A DNA stretch of 64,000 nucleotides from an uncultured Chloroflexia bacterium (lineage in GTDB: Bacteria; Chloroflexota; Limnocylindria; Limnocylindrales; CSP1-4), in the NCBI GenBank assembly GCA_963776865.1, contig CAVZOG010000004.1, positions 588,642-652,641 of the forward strand. The letters are read 5' to 3'. A program made the translations under genes and the position numbers. Position 1 is the first letter of the stretch. Every line of letters begins with the position of its first letter. Under the pieces are notes generated by a model. That model made no database searches. It was not told where the DNA came from and saw only the letters and a list, made by a program, of their open reading frames with translations. This document shows, piece by piece, positions 10,558 to 19,187 of the stretch.

Positions 10558-11453
10558 ATGCAGAAAATGAAGCGAATGCTGTTGACCGTGGCATTTGTCG
10601 CGGCAATTCTTGTGACTACTGCAGGCACCGCGAGTGCGATCACCTGGGGGGAGAGTGATGGTGACGGCCATCCGCACGTCGTGGCGATGGCGCTGTTCCA
10701 GAACGGACAGGGTCCTTTCCTATGCTCGGGGACCCTGCTCACTCCCGACTTGGTTCTCACCGCCGGACACTGCGCCGGCTTACCTCGATGAGAACGGCGG
10801 CCTTCACGCCAACGACGCGACCTATGTCACGAACGTTCCGGACATCGCGCCGCTGTTCGCGGAGGTGCTCGGGACCGATATACGGCGGGAACCTATTGGC
10901 TTTCTTTGAAGGCGAGTTTGTGAAGGGCGAGGCCATCCCTCATCCCGAATTCGCAGAGTTCACGGGCTATCCGGATCCCGATACGTTCGACATCGGGTTG
11001 GTGAGGCTCAACGAAGAGATCAACGTACCCGAGTACGGAGTCATGCCTGCCCTCGGACACTTCGACTTCCTCTCCACTGCCAAGGGATCGCCCGATGAGC
11101 GCACAGTCGAGGTGGTGGGCTACGGCCTGGTCGGGACCATCCCCGCGTTCTCCGACTCCTCGATCTTCGAGCGTCGGGTGGGCTACTCGACCATCATCAA
11201 CAGTCAGTCCGCCAATGTCGGGACCCAGAACTTCCTCTACACCAACAGCCCTGGAGCTGGCTCCGGATCCGGTGGTACGTGCTCCGGCGACTCCGGAGGA
11301 CCGGCATTTTGGGTCGATCCAGGATCCGGGCCGACCAACTTGATCGTCGGGGTGAACTCGTACGGGATCGCGGCACTCTGCAACGGCAATGACTACCAGC
11401 TCCGAACCGACACCTCGGTAGCACTCGACTTCGTGAACACCTATCTCCCTTAG
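10558..11453 (+). pseudogene. secreted trypsin-like serine protease (S1 family), frame interrupted as assembled
   Basis: GAGAGGA precedes ATG 10558, which gives signal peptide MQKMKRMLLTVAFVAAILVTTAGTASA. His motif LTAGHCAG is in 10543-10791. Ser motif CSGDSGGPAF is in 10722-11453. A middle piece lies in the frame of 10634-10909. There are at least 2 frame changes. Confidence 0.8.
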
Positions 11454-11532
11454 TCGCCATATCCAGGGCGCTCGACTGCTGATCACGCCCGAACCATCGA
11501 TGGGCAGCACCCATCGAGAAGAGAGAACTGAG

Positions 11533-12443
11533 ATGAACCGACTTCGAACCAGAAACTAAAGCTCACTCGAGCAGCCGCCGTAAGCGCGGTCGTCCTTTCA
11601 CTGATCGTCGCCGGCATCGCCTACGCGGCGTTTCCGACCGGCGGCGGCAACCTGCGCGCGTGCGCAAACAACTCGACCGGCGCGCTGCGCCTCCTGAATT
11701 CCGGCCAGACCTGCACCGCCAAGGAGACGGCGATCAGGATCGCCAGCGCCGATGGCACCGGCCGCGTCGCCGACTCACAGAAGCTCGACGGCAAGGACTC
11801 GGCCGCGTTCGTCCAGAACGGCGCAGTTGCGGGTGGTGCCCTCACGGGGACCTACCCCAACCCCGGAGTCGGCAACAACTCCATCTTCGGTGCCCACGTC
11901 AGCGACACAACGTTCAGCGACGGCGACATCGTGCCCAACACCGCCGGTGGCCTGCTCAAGTCGTTCCACATCCCCAATCGGCGCCATCCAGAGTTCTGAG
12001 ATCGCCGACAACACCGTCAGCGCTGCCGACATCGACGAAGCGACGCTGCGCCAGCGCTCGACGGCCACGACGCTTTCAACAAGAAGTGCGACCCGCATCC
12101 CGACAGCGGCTTCATCCCGTGCGCCTCCGTGACGTTCATCACCGGCCGCCAGATGCCGATATTCATGACCGTCGTCTACTCGATCTACCACGAGATCATC
12201 GACCAGAATTCGACATCGGGCGAATGCAAAACCAGGCTCGATGGCGTGGACCAGGGGTCCGTTCCCAGCGGAGATTTGGATCCCAGCGTAGCCATAGCTC
12301 CAGACTCGGGAGTGCCGATGGTCGACGTCGTCTCGGTATCTGCGGGTACACACACGCTCGCATTCCTTTGCAGGCAGCTCGGTCCGATGGACATCGTCTT
12401 CGGCGACATCCGCATGGCGGTGCTCGAACTGGGCATGGACTAG
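11533..12443 (+). pseudogene. N-terminally anchored/secreted protein, unknown family, frame interrupted as assembled
   Basis: ATG 11533 gives MNRLRTR. Adding one A at 11553-11555 joins it to KLKLTRAAAVSAVVLSLIVAGIAYAAFPTGGGNLRACANNSTGALRLL. Later pieces are IGAIQSSEIADNTVSAADIDEATL (frame of 11752) and 12129-12443. The long ORFs 11660-12460 and 11775-12728 look spurious. Confidence 0.45.
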
Positions 12444-13255
12444 TAATTGCCGGCAGCTAGCGGAGTCGAGCGGCCGAGGACGTATACCTCGAGCGGCGCA
12501 CTCTTGCCTTTCAGAGACAGCGTCCGCCGCTCGACCTCCAACGCCAGTAGGCCTGCGTTGGTCGCGGCCGTCTCCGTGACGAGTATTTCGCCCGCCTCTG
12601 CGGCTGATGCCAGGCGGGCAGTCGTATTCACCGTGTCGCCCATGGCAGTGAGTTCGGTGTCGGGTCCTTCGCCTACCGCGCCGACGTACGCCAGCCCCGT
12701 GTTGACCCCGACACCAACCGGCAACCACGGCGTGTCAGTCCCATGGCCGATCCGGCCGAGCAGATCCATCGCCGCATCAATGGCCCGCCGCGCGTGGCGA
12801 GGTCCGGCCATCGACGGAACGAAGATGCCAATGACCTCGTCGCCCACGAACTTGTCGACGATGGCGTCATACCGCACCAGCACATCGGTGGCCGTGTCGT
12901 AGAAGCGGCCCATCAAGCGATTGAACTCGCGTGGCCCCATGCCCTCGGCCAAGGGCGTCGAATCACGTACATCGGCGAAGAGCAGGCTGCATTCCACCTC
13001 CGCCCCACCATGGCTTCGACGCAGCTCACGGAAGCACCCAGTGCAGTACTTGGCGTTCTTTGTCCACGGACCGAGGCCCATGGCCCTCGAGGCCAACCCA
13101 CCCGGGCCGCCGAACGGTCGTGTGCACCACTTGCAGCGGGGCGGGCTGGGCAGCCTGCCCCAGAAGCGCCGCTTGCGCAGCACCGGATTGGGGTCTGTCA
13201 GGAGGGATCGCCATTCCGCTTCGCTCAACACCTGGTCGGACGACTCCGAGGCCAT
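12440..13255 (-). CDS. class III adenylate/guanylate cyclase with N-terminal Cys-rich (zinc-ribbon-like) region
   Basis: CKWC..YCTGC lies at the N-terminus. The catalytic core is ECSLLFADVRDSTPL..VDKFVGDEVIGIF..GVNTGLAYVG..TAMGDTVNTTARL. Confidence 0.8.
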   Translation of the reverse strand: MASESSDQVLSEAEWRSLLTDPNPVLRKRRFWGRLPSPPRCKWCTRPFGGPGGLASRAMGLGPWTKNAKYCTGCFRELRRSHGGAEVECSLLFADVRDSTPLAEGMGPREFNRLMGRFYDTATDVLVRYDAIVDKFVGDEVIGIFVPSMAGPRHARRAIDAAMDLLGRIGHGTDTPWLPVGVGVNTGLAYVGAVGEGPDTELTAMGDTVNTTARLASAAEAGEILVTETAATNAGLLALEVERRTLSLKGKSAPLEVYVLGRSTPLAAGNY

Positions 13256-13528
13256 GGCAAGACCCTACGCCAGCCCGGCAATGCGACGACCTTAGCTGGA
13301 GCGTGAGAGGCGTTCTCCGGCGACGGCTGGTCGGGAGGCCGCTTGAGCCCTGTTGAGTTCGCGAATGCGCGGGCGAACGTGCGTGCGACGGCGCCGACTG
13401 ACGGCGGTCCCGATTCCAGCGCAGGGCCGACTTTCGCTCTGGCTGGCCGACCGCAGGCTAGGCGCGAGAAAGCAGAAGAGCCGCTCGCATCAGTGCGAAC
13501 GGCTCATCGTCTTTGGCGGCCTGGTTAC

Positions 13529-14098
13529 TCAGTCGTTCCAGAACTGTCCGAACTCAAAGGTGCAGGCATTGGACGAGAAGGTCTGAGTCCCCATCTTTTG
13601 CAGGTAGCTGTCGTAGACGAGCAAAGCCTTGCCTTCGACATCCGTCCGGCTACCGGGCGCATAGAAGCGCATCGCCGGCAGGACGTAGTAGGCGCGGTCG
13701 CCGTCGAGGCTCTCGGTCACGGCAAACTGTCGCCGGGCGAAGTCGGACGGAACAGTCTTGCTGGCGAGCTGCCGGGCAATGGGGCTCTTGTACACCAGGC
13801 GTCCTGCCTGGGCCTCGGTTGCCTCGCGGATCTGGAACTGGAAACCGACGGTTGTCAGCTGGTTGTAGCTGCCCTTCAGTCTCAGCGGACGCACGGTGAG
13901 GCTGCTGAGCCGCCCGGCAGCGTCGTAACGGCAGACGACTTCTGGCAGCGGTGGCCCGGCGAAGCTGCCGATCTTGCCTATGAAGGGATCGTTGTTCCAG
14001 CCCAGGGCACTCACCGACGGGGCGACAAGTGCGGACACCACCAGCGCCATGGCGATGCCGGTGCTTAATCGACGGATCATTCGTCCTCCTGCCCCCAC
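13529..14098 (-). CDS. secreted hypothetical protein
   Basis: 189-aa ORF with signal peptide RRLSTGIAMALVVSALVAPSVSA. No family recognised. The antisense ORFs here look spurious. Confidence 0.5.
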   Translation of the reverse strand: MGAGGRMIRRLSTGIAMALVVSALVAPSVSALGWNNDPFIGKIGSFAGPPLPEVVCRYDAAGRLSSLTVRPLRLKGSYNQLTTVGFQFQIREATEAQAGRLVYKSPIARQLASKTVPSDFARRQFAVTESLDGDRAYYVLPAMRFYAPGSRTDVEGKALLVYDSYLQKMGTQTFSSNACTFEFGQFWND

Positions 14099-14202
14099 GT
14101 TGTGCTGGGACCATTAGAGCCCTTCGGTACGCGAAGCACACCCGTGCAGTCACCTAGGCCGCCACTGAACAGCACTAGGTAGCCGGACACGCGACCCCTA
14201 CC

Positions 14203-14350
14203 ATGCCTCGGATGGCTGAGTTGCCCACCGGAACCGTCACGTTCCTGTTCACCGACATCGAGGGGTCGACGGAGCTGTTGGCGACGATGGGAGACAGCTA
14301 CGGGCAGCTGCTCGAGAGGCACAACGAGCTGCTCCGCCGGGCGGCCGCCC
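14203..14350 (+). pseudogene. 5' remnant of a class III cyclase-domain gene
   Basis: MPRMAELPTGTVTFLFTDIEGSTELLATMGDSYGQLLERHNELLRRAAA is the canonical start of a cyclase catalytic domain. Homology stops after about 48 codons. Confidence 0.4.
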
Positions 14351-14483
14351 GACTGGTCGGCAAGGCCGACGAGATGCGTGAACGGCTGGGCGGCGGACCA
14401 CCATCAACTCTGAGTGGGCCTCGACGAGGTCCGCCGCCGGTCGATCGAGGAGCTGGGCGAGTCGCGCTTCGAGGAGCCGCATC

Positions 14484-14687
14484 ATGTACGTCCGCGTCTA
14501 CAGCACGAGCGGCACGATGCTCGCAACGCTCCGGACTTGGTCAAATCGCAATACGCGAAACGTCTGGTCGCTCGACACGCTGAGCCTCGCGGCCTACGCG
14601 GGTCAGACGATCAGGCTTCAGTTCCTGGCCACGACCGACTCATCCCTCGCCTCGGCGTTCTTCCTGGACGACCTCGCGGTGAAGTGA
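14484..14687 (+). CDS. 67-aa ORF resembling the C-terminal beta-domain of secreted proteins (possible gene remnant)
   Basis: VRVYSTSGTMLATLRTWSNRNTRNVWSLDTLSLAAYAGQTIRLQFLATTDSSLASAFFLDDLAVK. There is no signal peptide or upstream domain in frame. Confidence 0.3.
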   Translation: MYVRVYSTSGTMLATLRTWSNRNTRNVWSLDTLSLAAYAGQTIRLQFLATTDSSLASAFFLDDLAVK

Positions 14688-14703
14688 CGTAAGGCACTAA
14701 GAC

Positions 14704-14726
14704 GAGCCGCCGCTCTGCGGCGGCTC
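14704..14726. terminator. hairpin between convergent genes
   Basis: GAGCCGCCG-ctctg-CGGCGGCTC forms a perfect 9-bp stem. It sits between the stop at 14687 (+) and the stop at 14768 (-). Confidence 0.45.
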
Positions 14727-14767
14727 CCGCTCTACGCGCTGGAACCCTTGGGTCTTCGGCGACCCGC

Positions 14768-16244
14768 CTAGCCTCGGGCGAGGCGTTCTCCGGGGAGCGC
14801 GGTGGGGCGATTGCCCAGGCTCTGGCCGGACGGACGGGCCGGCTGCCAACGACGATCAGTTCGATGAGAGCTACCGGCTGACGGCCGACTCGCGCTCTGA
14901 GGGTGACCGGCGCTCTGCGGCCACTCTTCGCGGCGGACGCGACCTTCACGCTGCGGGCCTTGATAAACCCGAGGCGGCTGGCCGCGGTGGCCCGTCTGGG
15001 GCCGACGTCGCCTGCTGGCCACGACCGGCCCGACCGGCTGCTGGCCGCGACCCTGGGGTCGGTGGCCGGCTGAACGGAGCTGGATGGCCTGCGGTCGGAT
15101 CGATTGGTCGGGGGCGAAGCCTTCGATGATCTCGACCTCGACCTTGTAGCCGAGCAGGCGCTCGATTTCGGCCATCAGCGGCCGCTCGTCGACGCAGACC
15201 AGCGAGATCGCGTCGCCGTCGGTGCCTGCCCGGCCGGTGCGACCGATGCGGTGCACGTAGTCGGCCGCAACCATCGGCAGCTCGTAGTTGACGACGTGGG
15301 GGAGGGCATCGATGTCCAGCCCGCGCGCCGCGATGTCGGTCGCGACCAGGATGGCCACCTTGTTTTGCTTGAAGTCGTTGCAGCGCGCGCACGCGCTGCG
15401 GCTGGCTCTTGTTGCCGTGGATGGCCATTGCGCTGATGCCGTCAAGGACCAGCTGCTGGGCGAGTCGGTCGGCGCCGTGCTTGGTGCGCGTGAAAACGAG
15501 CGCCTGGTAGACACGGCCCGACTTGACGAGGTGGCTGAGCAGCTCGCGCTTTCGGCTCCGATCGACCGGAATGACGAGCTGCTTCACGAGCTCGGCGGCG
15601 GTGTTCTTGGGCGTGACCTGCACGAACGCCGGGTCCTTCAGGAAATCTGAGGCCAGTCGGCGGATCTCGGCCGAGAACGTCGCCGAGAAGAGCAGGTTCT
15701 GTCGCGCAACGGGAAGCAGCGCGAGGATCTTGCGGATGTCGTGGATGAAACCCATGTCGAGCATCCGGTCGGCCTCGTCGAGCACGAGCACCTCGACCCG
15801 TGACAGGTCGATCGTGCGCTGCGTGACGTGGTCGAGCAGCCGGCCCGGCGTGGCGACCACGATCTCCGGACCCTGGCGCAGCCGGCGGACCTGCTGGTCG
15901 AAGCCGACGCCGCCGTAGATGGCGGCCGACATGACCGGCCGCTGCCGACCATAGGTTCGGACGCTCTCCTCGACCTGCAGCGCGAGCTCACGCGTAGGGG
16001 TGAGCACGAGCACACGGATCGGGCGACGGCCGTTGCTGTTGCCGTTGCGCTTGTTGAGGTTCTGGAGGATGGGCAGCACGAATGCGGCCGTCTTGCCGGT
16101 GCCCGTCTGGGCGCCCGCGAGCAGGTCGCGACCGGCAAGGACATGGGGAATGGCTTCGCGCTGCACTGGCGTGGGCTCGGTGTAGCCCTGTTGCGCAACA
16201 GCGCGGAGTAGCTCGGGCGTCAGCCCGACTTGATCGAAAGACAC
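14768..16244 (-). pseudogene. rhlE: DEAD-box ATP-dependent RNA helicase (RhlE-like) with Arg/Gly-rich tail, one frame change
   Basis: GTG 16244 with AGGAG upstream. Q motif GYTEPTPVQ, AQTGTGKT, DEAD, SAT and HGNKSQ lie in 14946-16244. [14 protein letters not shown] and [10 protein letters not shown] lie in 14768-15514. The junction is near 15380. Confidence 0.85.
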
Positions 16245-16410
16245 GAGTGAATAGCTCCTGACGAGGCCCTCCCGCCTAGGCGGGGCCCGGTCAGGGCTTA
16301 GTTGATTGGGGTCGAGGTCGAACGGAAGTTACCGGGGCGCAGACCGGAGCGCCTCATCGATCACGAATGTGAGGCTTAAGCCTAGCACACGTCTCGAACA
16401 GGCGTTCTAC
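16245..16410 (-). promoter_or_regulatory. conserved leader/promoter region of the rhlE-like helicase
   Basis: 166-bp intergenic region, duplicated at 21623-21779. It contains TCGAACAGGCGTTCTA (16394-16409), the palindromes AGGCTTAAGCCT and CCCGCCTAGGCGGG, and an 11-mer (16350-16360) shared with the deaD leader. Confidence 0.4.
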
Positions 16411-18174
16411 TCAGCGCTTGCGCTCGCGCTCGCGTTCGAGGCGGACCTCCAGCTTGCGGCCCTTGATCCTCGCCGAACCGAGCGCTCGGGTGATATTTGC
16501 AGCGTCGGACGCGGAAACCTCGACCAGCGCGAAGTTGTCTGCGATCTGGATGGCTCCGATAGCAGACGCAGGCACGCCAGCCTCACCGGTGATGGCACCG
16601 ACCAGGTCGGCGGGGCGGATCCCAAGGCGTCGACCCCCGCCGACGAATAGCTTGGTCCAACGACCATCACCGTCTCGGCCGCCGCCACGCGCTCGTGGGG
16701 CCGTGCGGTTGCTCGATCTGCGCCGCGGTGCCGATTTTGCCGGTCGGTCGTTGGTCGGGCCCAGGGTCATCGGGGCGATGTCGGATAGATCCTCCTCGTC
16801 TTTCCCGGATGCCCGATCGGCAAGGCTGACCGCGGCCAGGGCAACGTCCAGGACGTCAAATTCGGATGCCAGCGGCTCGACGACCACGCGGAAGCGGTCG
16901 AGGCTGTCGTCGAGGAGCATTTCGCGCAGGTTGGCGCGCAGCATGTCCAGCCGGCGCTCGCGCAGGTCGGCCGTTGTCGGGACGTGAGCCAATTCGAGCC
17001 GCGTCTTGACTGTCCGCTCGATGTTCTTCAGGAGCCGGCTCTCGCGCGGCTCGACGAGTGTGATCGCCACGCCTTCGCGGCCGGCGCGACCGGTCCGGCC
17101 GATGCGATGGACGTACGCATCTGGATCGCTTGGCACGTCGTAGTTGACGACGTGCGAAACGTGCTCGATATCCAGCCCGCGCGCCGCTACGTCTGTCGCG
17201 ACGAGCACGTCCAGGTCTCCTTCGCGAAACCTGTTCATGACCCGATCCCGCTGGTGCTGGTCCATCCCGCCGTGGAGTGCGGCAGCGTCGTGGCCGCGGC
17301 CGGTCAACTGCTGGGCAAGCTCCTCGACCTCGCCGCGCGTGCGAGCGAAGACGAGCGCGGACGAAGGGTCCTCGACATCCAGGATCCGACCCAGCGCGGT
17401 CAGCTTGTCCGCCCGACGCACCACGTATGCGACCTGTCGGACGCGGGCGACACCGGCACCCGTCCCACGCTCGGCGTGGATCTGGACGCGTTTCGGGTCG
17501 CGCAGGTGACGCTGCGCGATCTTGGCGATCGGCCCGGCGATCGTGGCCGAGAAGAGCGCCGTCTGGCGCGTCGCCGGCGTCGCTGAAAGCAGCGTTTCGA
17601 GGTCCTCGGCGAAGCCCATGTCGAGCATCTCGTCCGCCTCGTCGAGGATGACCGTGTCGACGCCTTCGAGCTTGATGCTGCCCCGCTTCACGTGGTCCAC
17701 GGCGCGGCCGGGAGTGGCGACGACGATGTCGACGCCGCGCTCCAGCGCTCGGAGCTGCAGGCCGATGGACTGTCCGCCGTAGACGGGCAGTACGCGGACG
17801 GACATCTCCCCGGCGTACCGATGGATCGCCTCGGACACCTGCATCGCCAGCTCTCGCGTCGGCACCAGCACGAGCGCGCAGATCCGCCCGTTCGCGCGAG
17901 CCGTTTTCGTGTCCTGGTGCTTTGCGACAAGGCGATGGAGCAACGGCAACGCGAAGGCGGCAGTCTTGCCCGTGCCCGTCGGCGCCTCGGCGAGCACGTC
18001 CTGGCCGGCGATCAACGGCGGGATCGCCTCGCGCTGGATCGGTGTCGGCTCCTCGTAGCCCAGGGCCGCGAGAGTCGTCAGCAGCCGATCGTCCAACTGG
18101 AGTCGCGTGAACCCGTCGCTGGAGCCGTTTGCTTGGGTCGCGCCAGTCTGGGCGGTATCGAGCCGATCCGTCAT
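16411..18174 (-). CDS. deaD: DEAD-box RNA helicase with C-terminal DbpA-type RNA-binding domain (DeaD/CshA-like)
   Basis: Intact 587-aa ORF. Motifs seen are GYEEPTPIQ, APTGTGKT, DEAD, SAT, VATDVAARGLDI and [10 protein letters not shown]. The C-terminal KLFVGGGRRLGIRPADLVGAI..VEV is the DbpA-type domain. Confidence 0.9.
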   Translation of the reverse strand: MTDRLDTAQTGATQANGSSDGFTRLQLDDRLLTTLAALGYEEPTPIQREAIPPLIAGQDVLAEAPTGTGKTAAFALPLLHRLVAKHQDTKTARANGRICALVLVPTRELAMQVSEAIHRYAGEMSVRVLPVYGGQSIGLQLRALERGVDIVVATPGRAVDHVKRGSIKLEGVDTVILDEADEMLDMGFAEDLETLLSATPATRQTALFSATIAGPIAKIAQRHLRDPKRVQIHAERGTGAGVARVRQVAYVVRRADKLTALGRILDVEDPSSALVFARTRGEVEELAQQLTGRGHDAAALHGGMDQHQRDRVMNRFREGDLDVLVATDVAARGLDIEHVSHVVNYDVPSDPDAYVHRIGRTGRAGREGVAITLVEPRESRLLKNIERTVKTRLELAHVPTTADLRERRLDMLRANLREMLLDDSLDRFRVVVEPLASEFDVLDVALAAVSLADRASGKDEEDLSDIAPMTLGPTNDRPAKSAPRRRSSNRTAPRARGGGRDGDGRWTKLFVGGGRRLGIRPADLVGAITGEAGVPASAIGAIQIADNFALVEVSASDAANITRALGSARIKGRKLEVRLERERERKR

Positions 18175-18399
18175 TGAGCCATTGTCAGGCGTACTGGACG
18201 CGCCGCCCTAGCGTTTTGAGTGCGAGCCCGCGGCTTCGGATCGCCTCATCGAAGGCTGGAGGCCGGTGATCGCATCCTTCCTGATCCCGCAGATCAACCA
18301 GGGTGCGAAGGACTCGCTCGAGCCCTGGATCCGGGCGGCAACGACGCGATCGCCGGCTGTCGTCTCGAACCGTTCGCGAGGTGCGCTGACGGACCGCCT

Positions 18400-18627
18400 T
18401 CATCGTGACTCTCCTTCGGGGTACTGGAAGACCCGGTCGAGCGCGACATTGAACGCTCGAGCGATCTGGAACGCCATCTCGAGCGAGGGTGAGTAGCGGC
18501 CCTGCTCGATCGCAATCACGGTCTGGCGCGTGACGCCAATTCGGTCGGCCAGCTCGGCCTGGGTCATCTCGCCCTGCTCGAACCTGAGGCGCCGAATGTC
18601 GTTGGTCACCCTGGTCGGCTTGACCAC
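18400..18627 (-). CDS. XRE-family helix-turn-helix transcriptional regulator
   Basis: 75 aa. LRFEQGEMTQAELADRIGVTRQTVIAIEQGRYSPSLEMAFQIARAF is a classic Cro/C1 HTH. Its start lies 3 nt after the upstream membrane gene. Confidence 0.85.
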   Translation of the reverse strand: MVKPTRVTNDIRRLRFEQGEMTQAELADRIGVTRQTVIAIEQGRYSPSLEMAFQIARAFNVALDRVFQYPEGESR

Positions 18628-18629
18628 GC

Positions 18630-19049
18630 CTAGAAGCCCCGGCGGTAGGCAACGAGCTTGACGGCCGACACGATGAGCGCCGTCACCAGGAACGCGGCAT
18701 AGAGCGAGTTTGCGATCCAGAACTGCTCGATCTCGGCCATCGCCAGGCCGAGCGGCACGAGCGCAAGGACGCCGAGGACGTTGTACCCGAAGCTGTCGCC
18801 GCGCCGGCCTATCTGCTTGTCACGCTCGTCGGACTTGTCGGCATCCTCGGGCGATGCCATCGCGACGGCTATGTAGCCGACGATGGACAGGCCGATGCCG
18901 AGGACGATGGCCACGATCATCGGCACGATGTAGTCGATCTCGGTGACCGGGGTGGTCGGAACCTGTCCGAGGATGATCACGAAGTAGGCGGCCCCGACCA
19001 CGGTCATGGCGATCGCGACGATCCAGGTGCCCTTCTCCTCGAACGACAT
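18630..19049 (-). CDS. small membrane protein partnered with the XRE regulator (DUF2178-like)
   Basis: The ORF runs 18630-19082. ATG 19049 is preceded by GGGAGAG. There are four hydrophobic helices. The gene pairing is typical of membrane protein plus HTH operons. Confidence 0.6.
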   Translation of the reverse strand: MSFEEKGTWIVAIAMTVVGAAYFVIILGQVPTTPVTEIDYIVPMIVAIVLGIGLSIVGYIAVAMASPEDADKSDERDKQIGRRGDSFGYNVLGVLALVPLGLAMAEIEQFWIANSLYAAFLVTALIVSAVKLVAYRRGF

Positions 19050-19058
19050 TTCGACTCT

Positions 19059-19129
19059 CCCGATGTAAAAGATGCTTGACATCGGGAATGTAAACCGACG
19101 CAGACATCATGTCAAGAGTATTTGACATG
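19059..19129 (-). promoter_or_regulatory. sigma70-like promoter with overlapping palindromic operator, plus leader hairpin
   Basis: The minus strand reads TTGACA (19115-19110), 17 nt, TACATT (19092-19087). The palindrome CATGTCAA-n6-TTGACATG (19108-19129) overlaps the -35. The inverted repeat CCCGATGT-n12-ACATCGGG (19059-19086) abuts the SD. Confidence 0.4.
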
Positions 19130-19187
19130 CGAGCGAACGGCCTGACGCGGGAGGGCAAACGGCACGTAGTCCGAGCTTGTTGCTCGT

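Noticed and set aside
11660-12728. Overlapping ORFs of 266 aa (+) and 317 aa (-)
   Set aside because: Both are Arg/His/Pro-rich. A better reading of the region is a frameshifted secreted protein with a proper signal anchor, plus the end of the cyclase gene.
16279-16292. CCCGCCTAGGCGGG as a terminator/attenuator hairpin in the rhlE leader
   Set aside because: A 2-nt loop is sterically implausible for an RNA hairpin. It is more likely a DNA palindrome or chance. It is conserved in the relic with a loop change (CCCGCCCAGGCGGG), so it is noted but not called.
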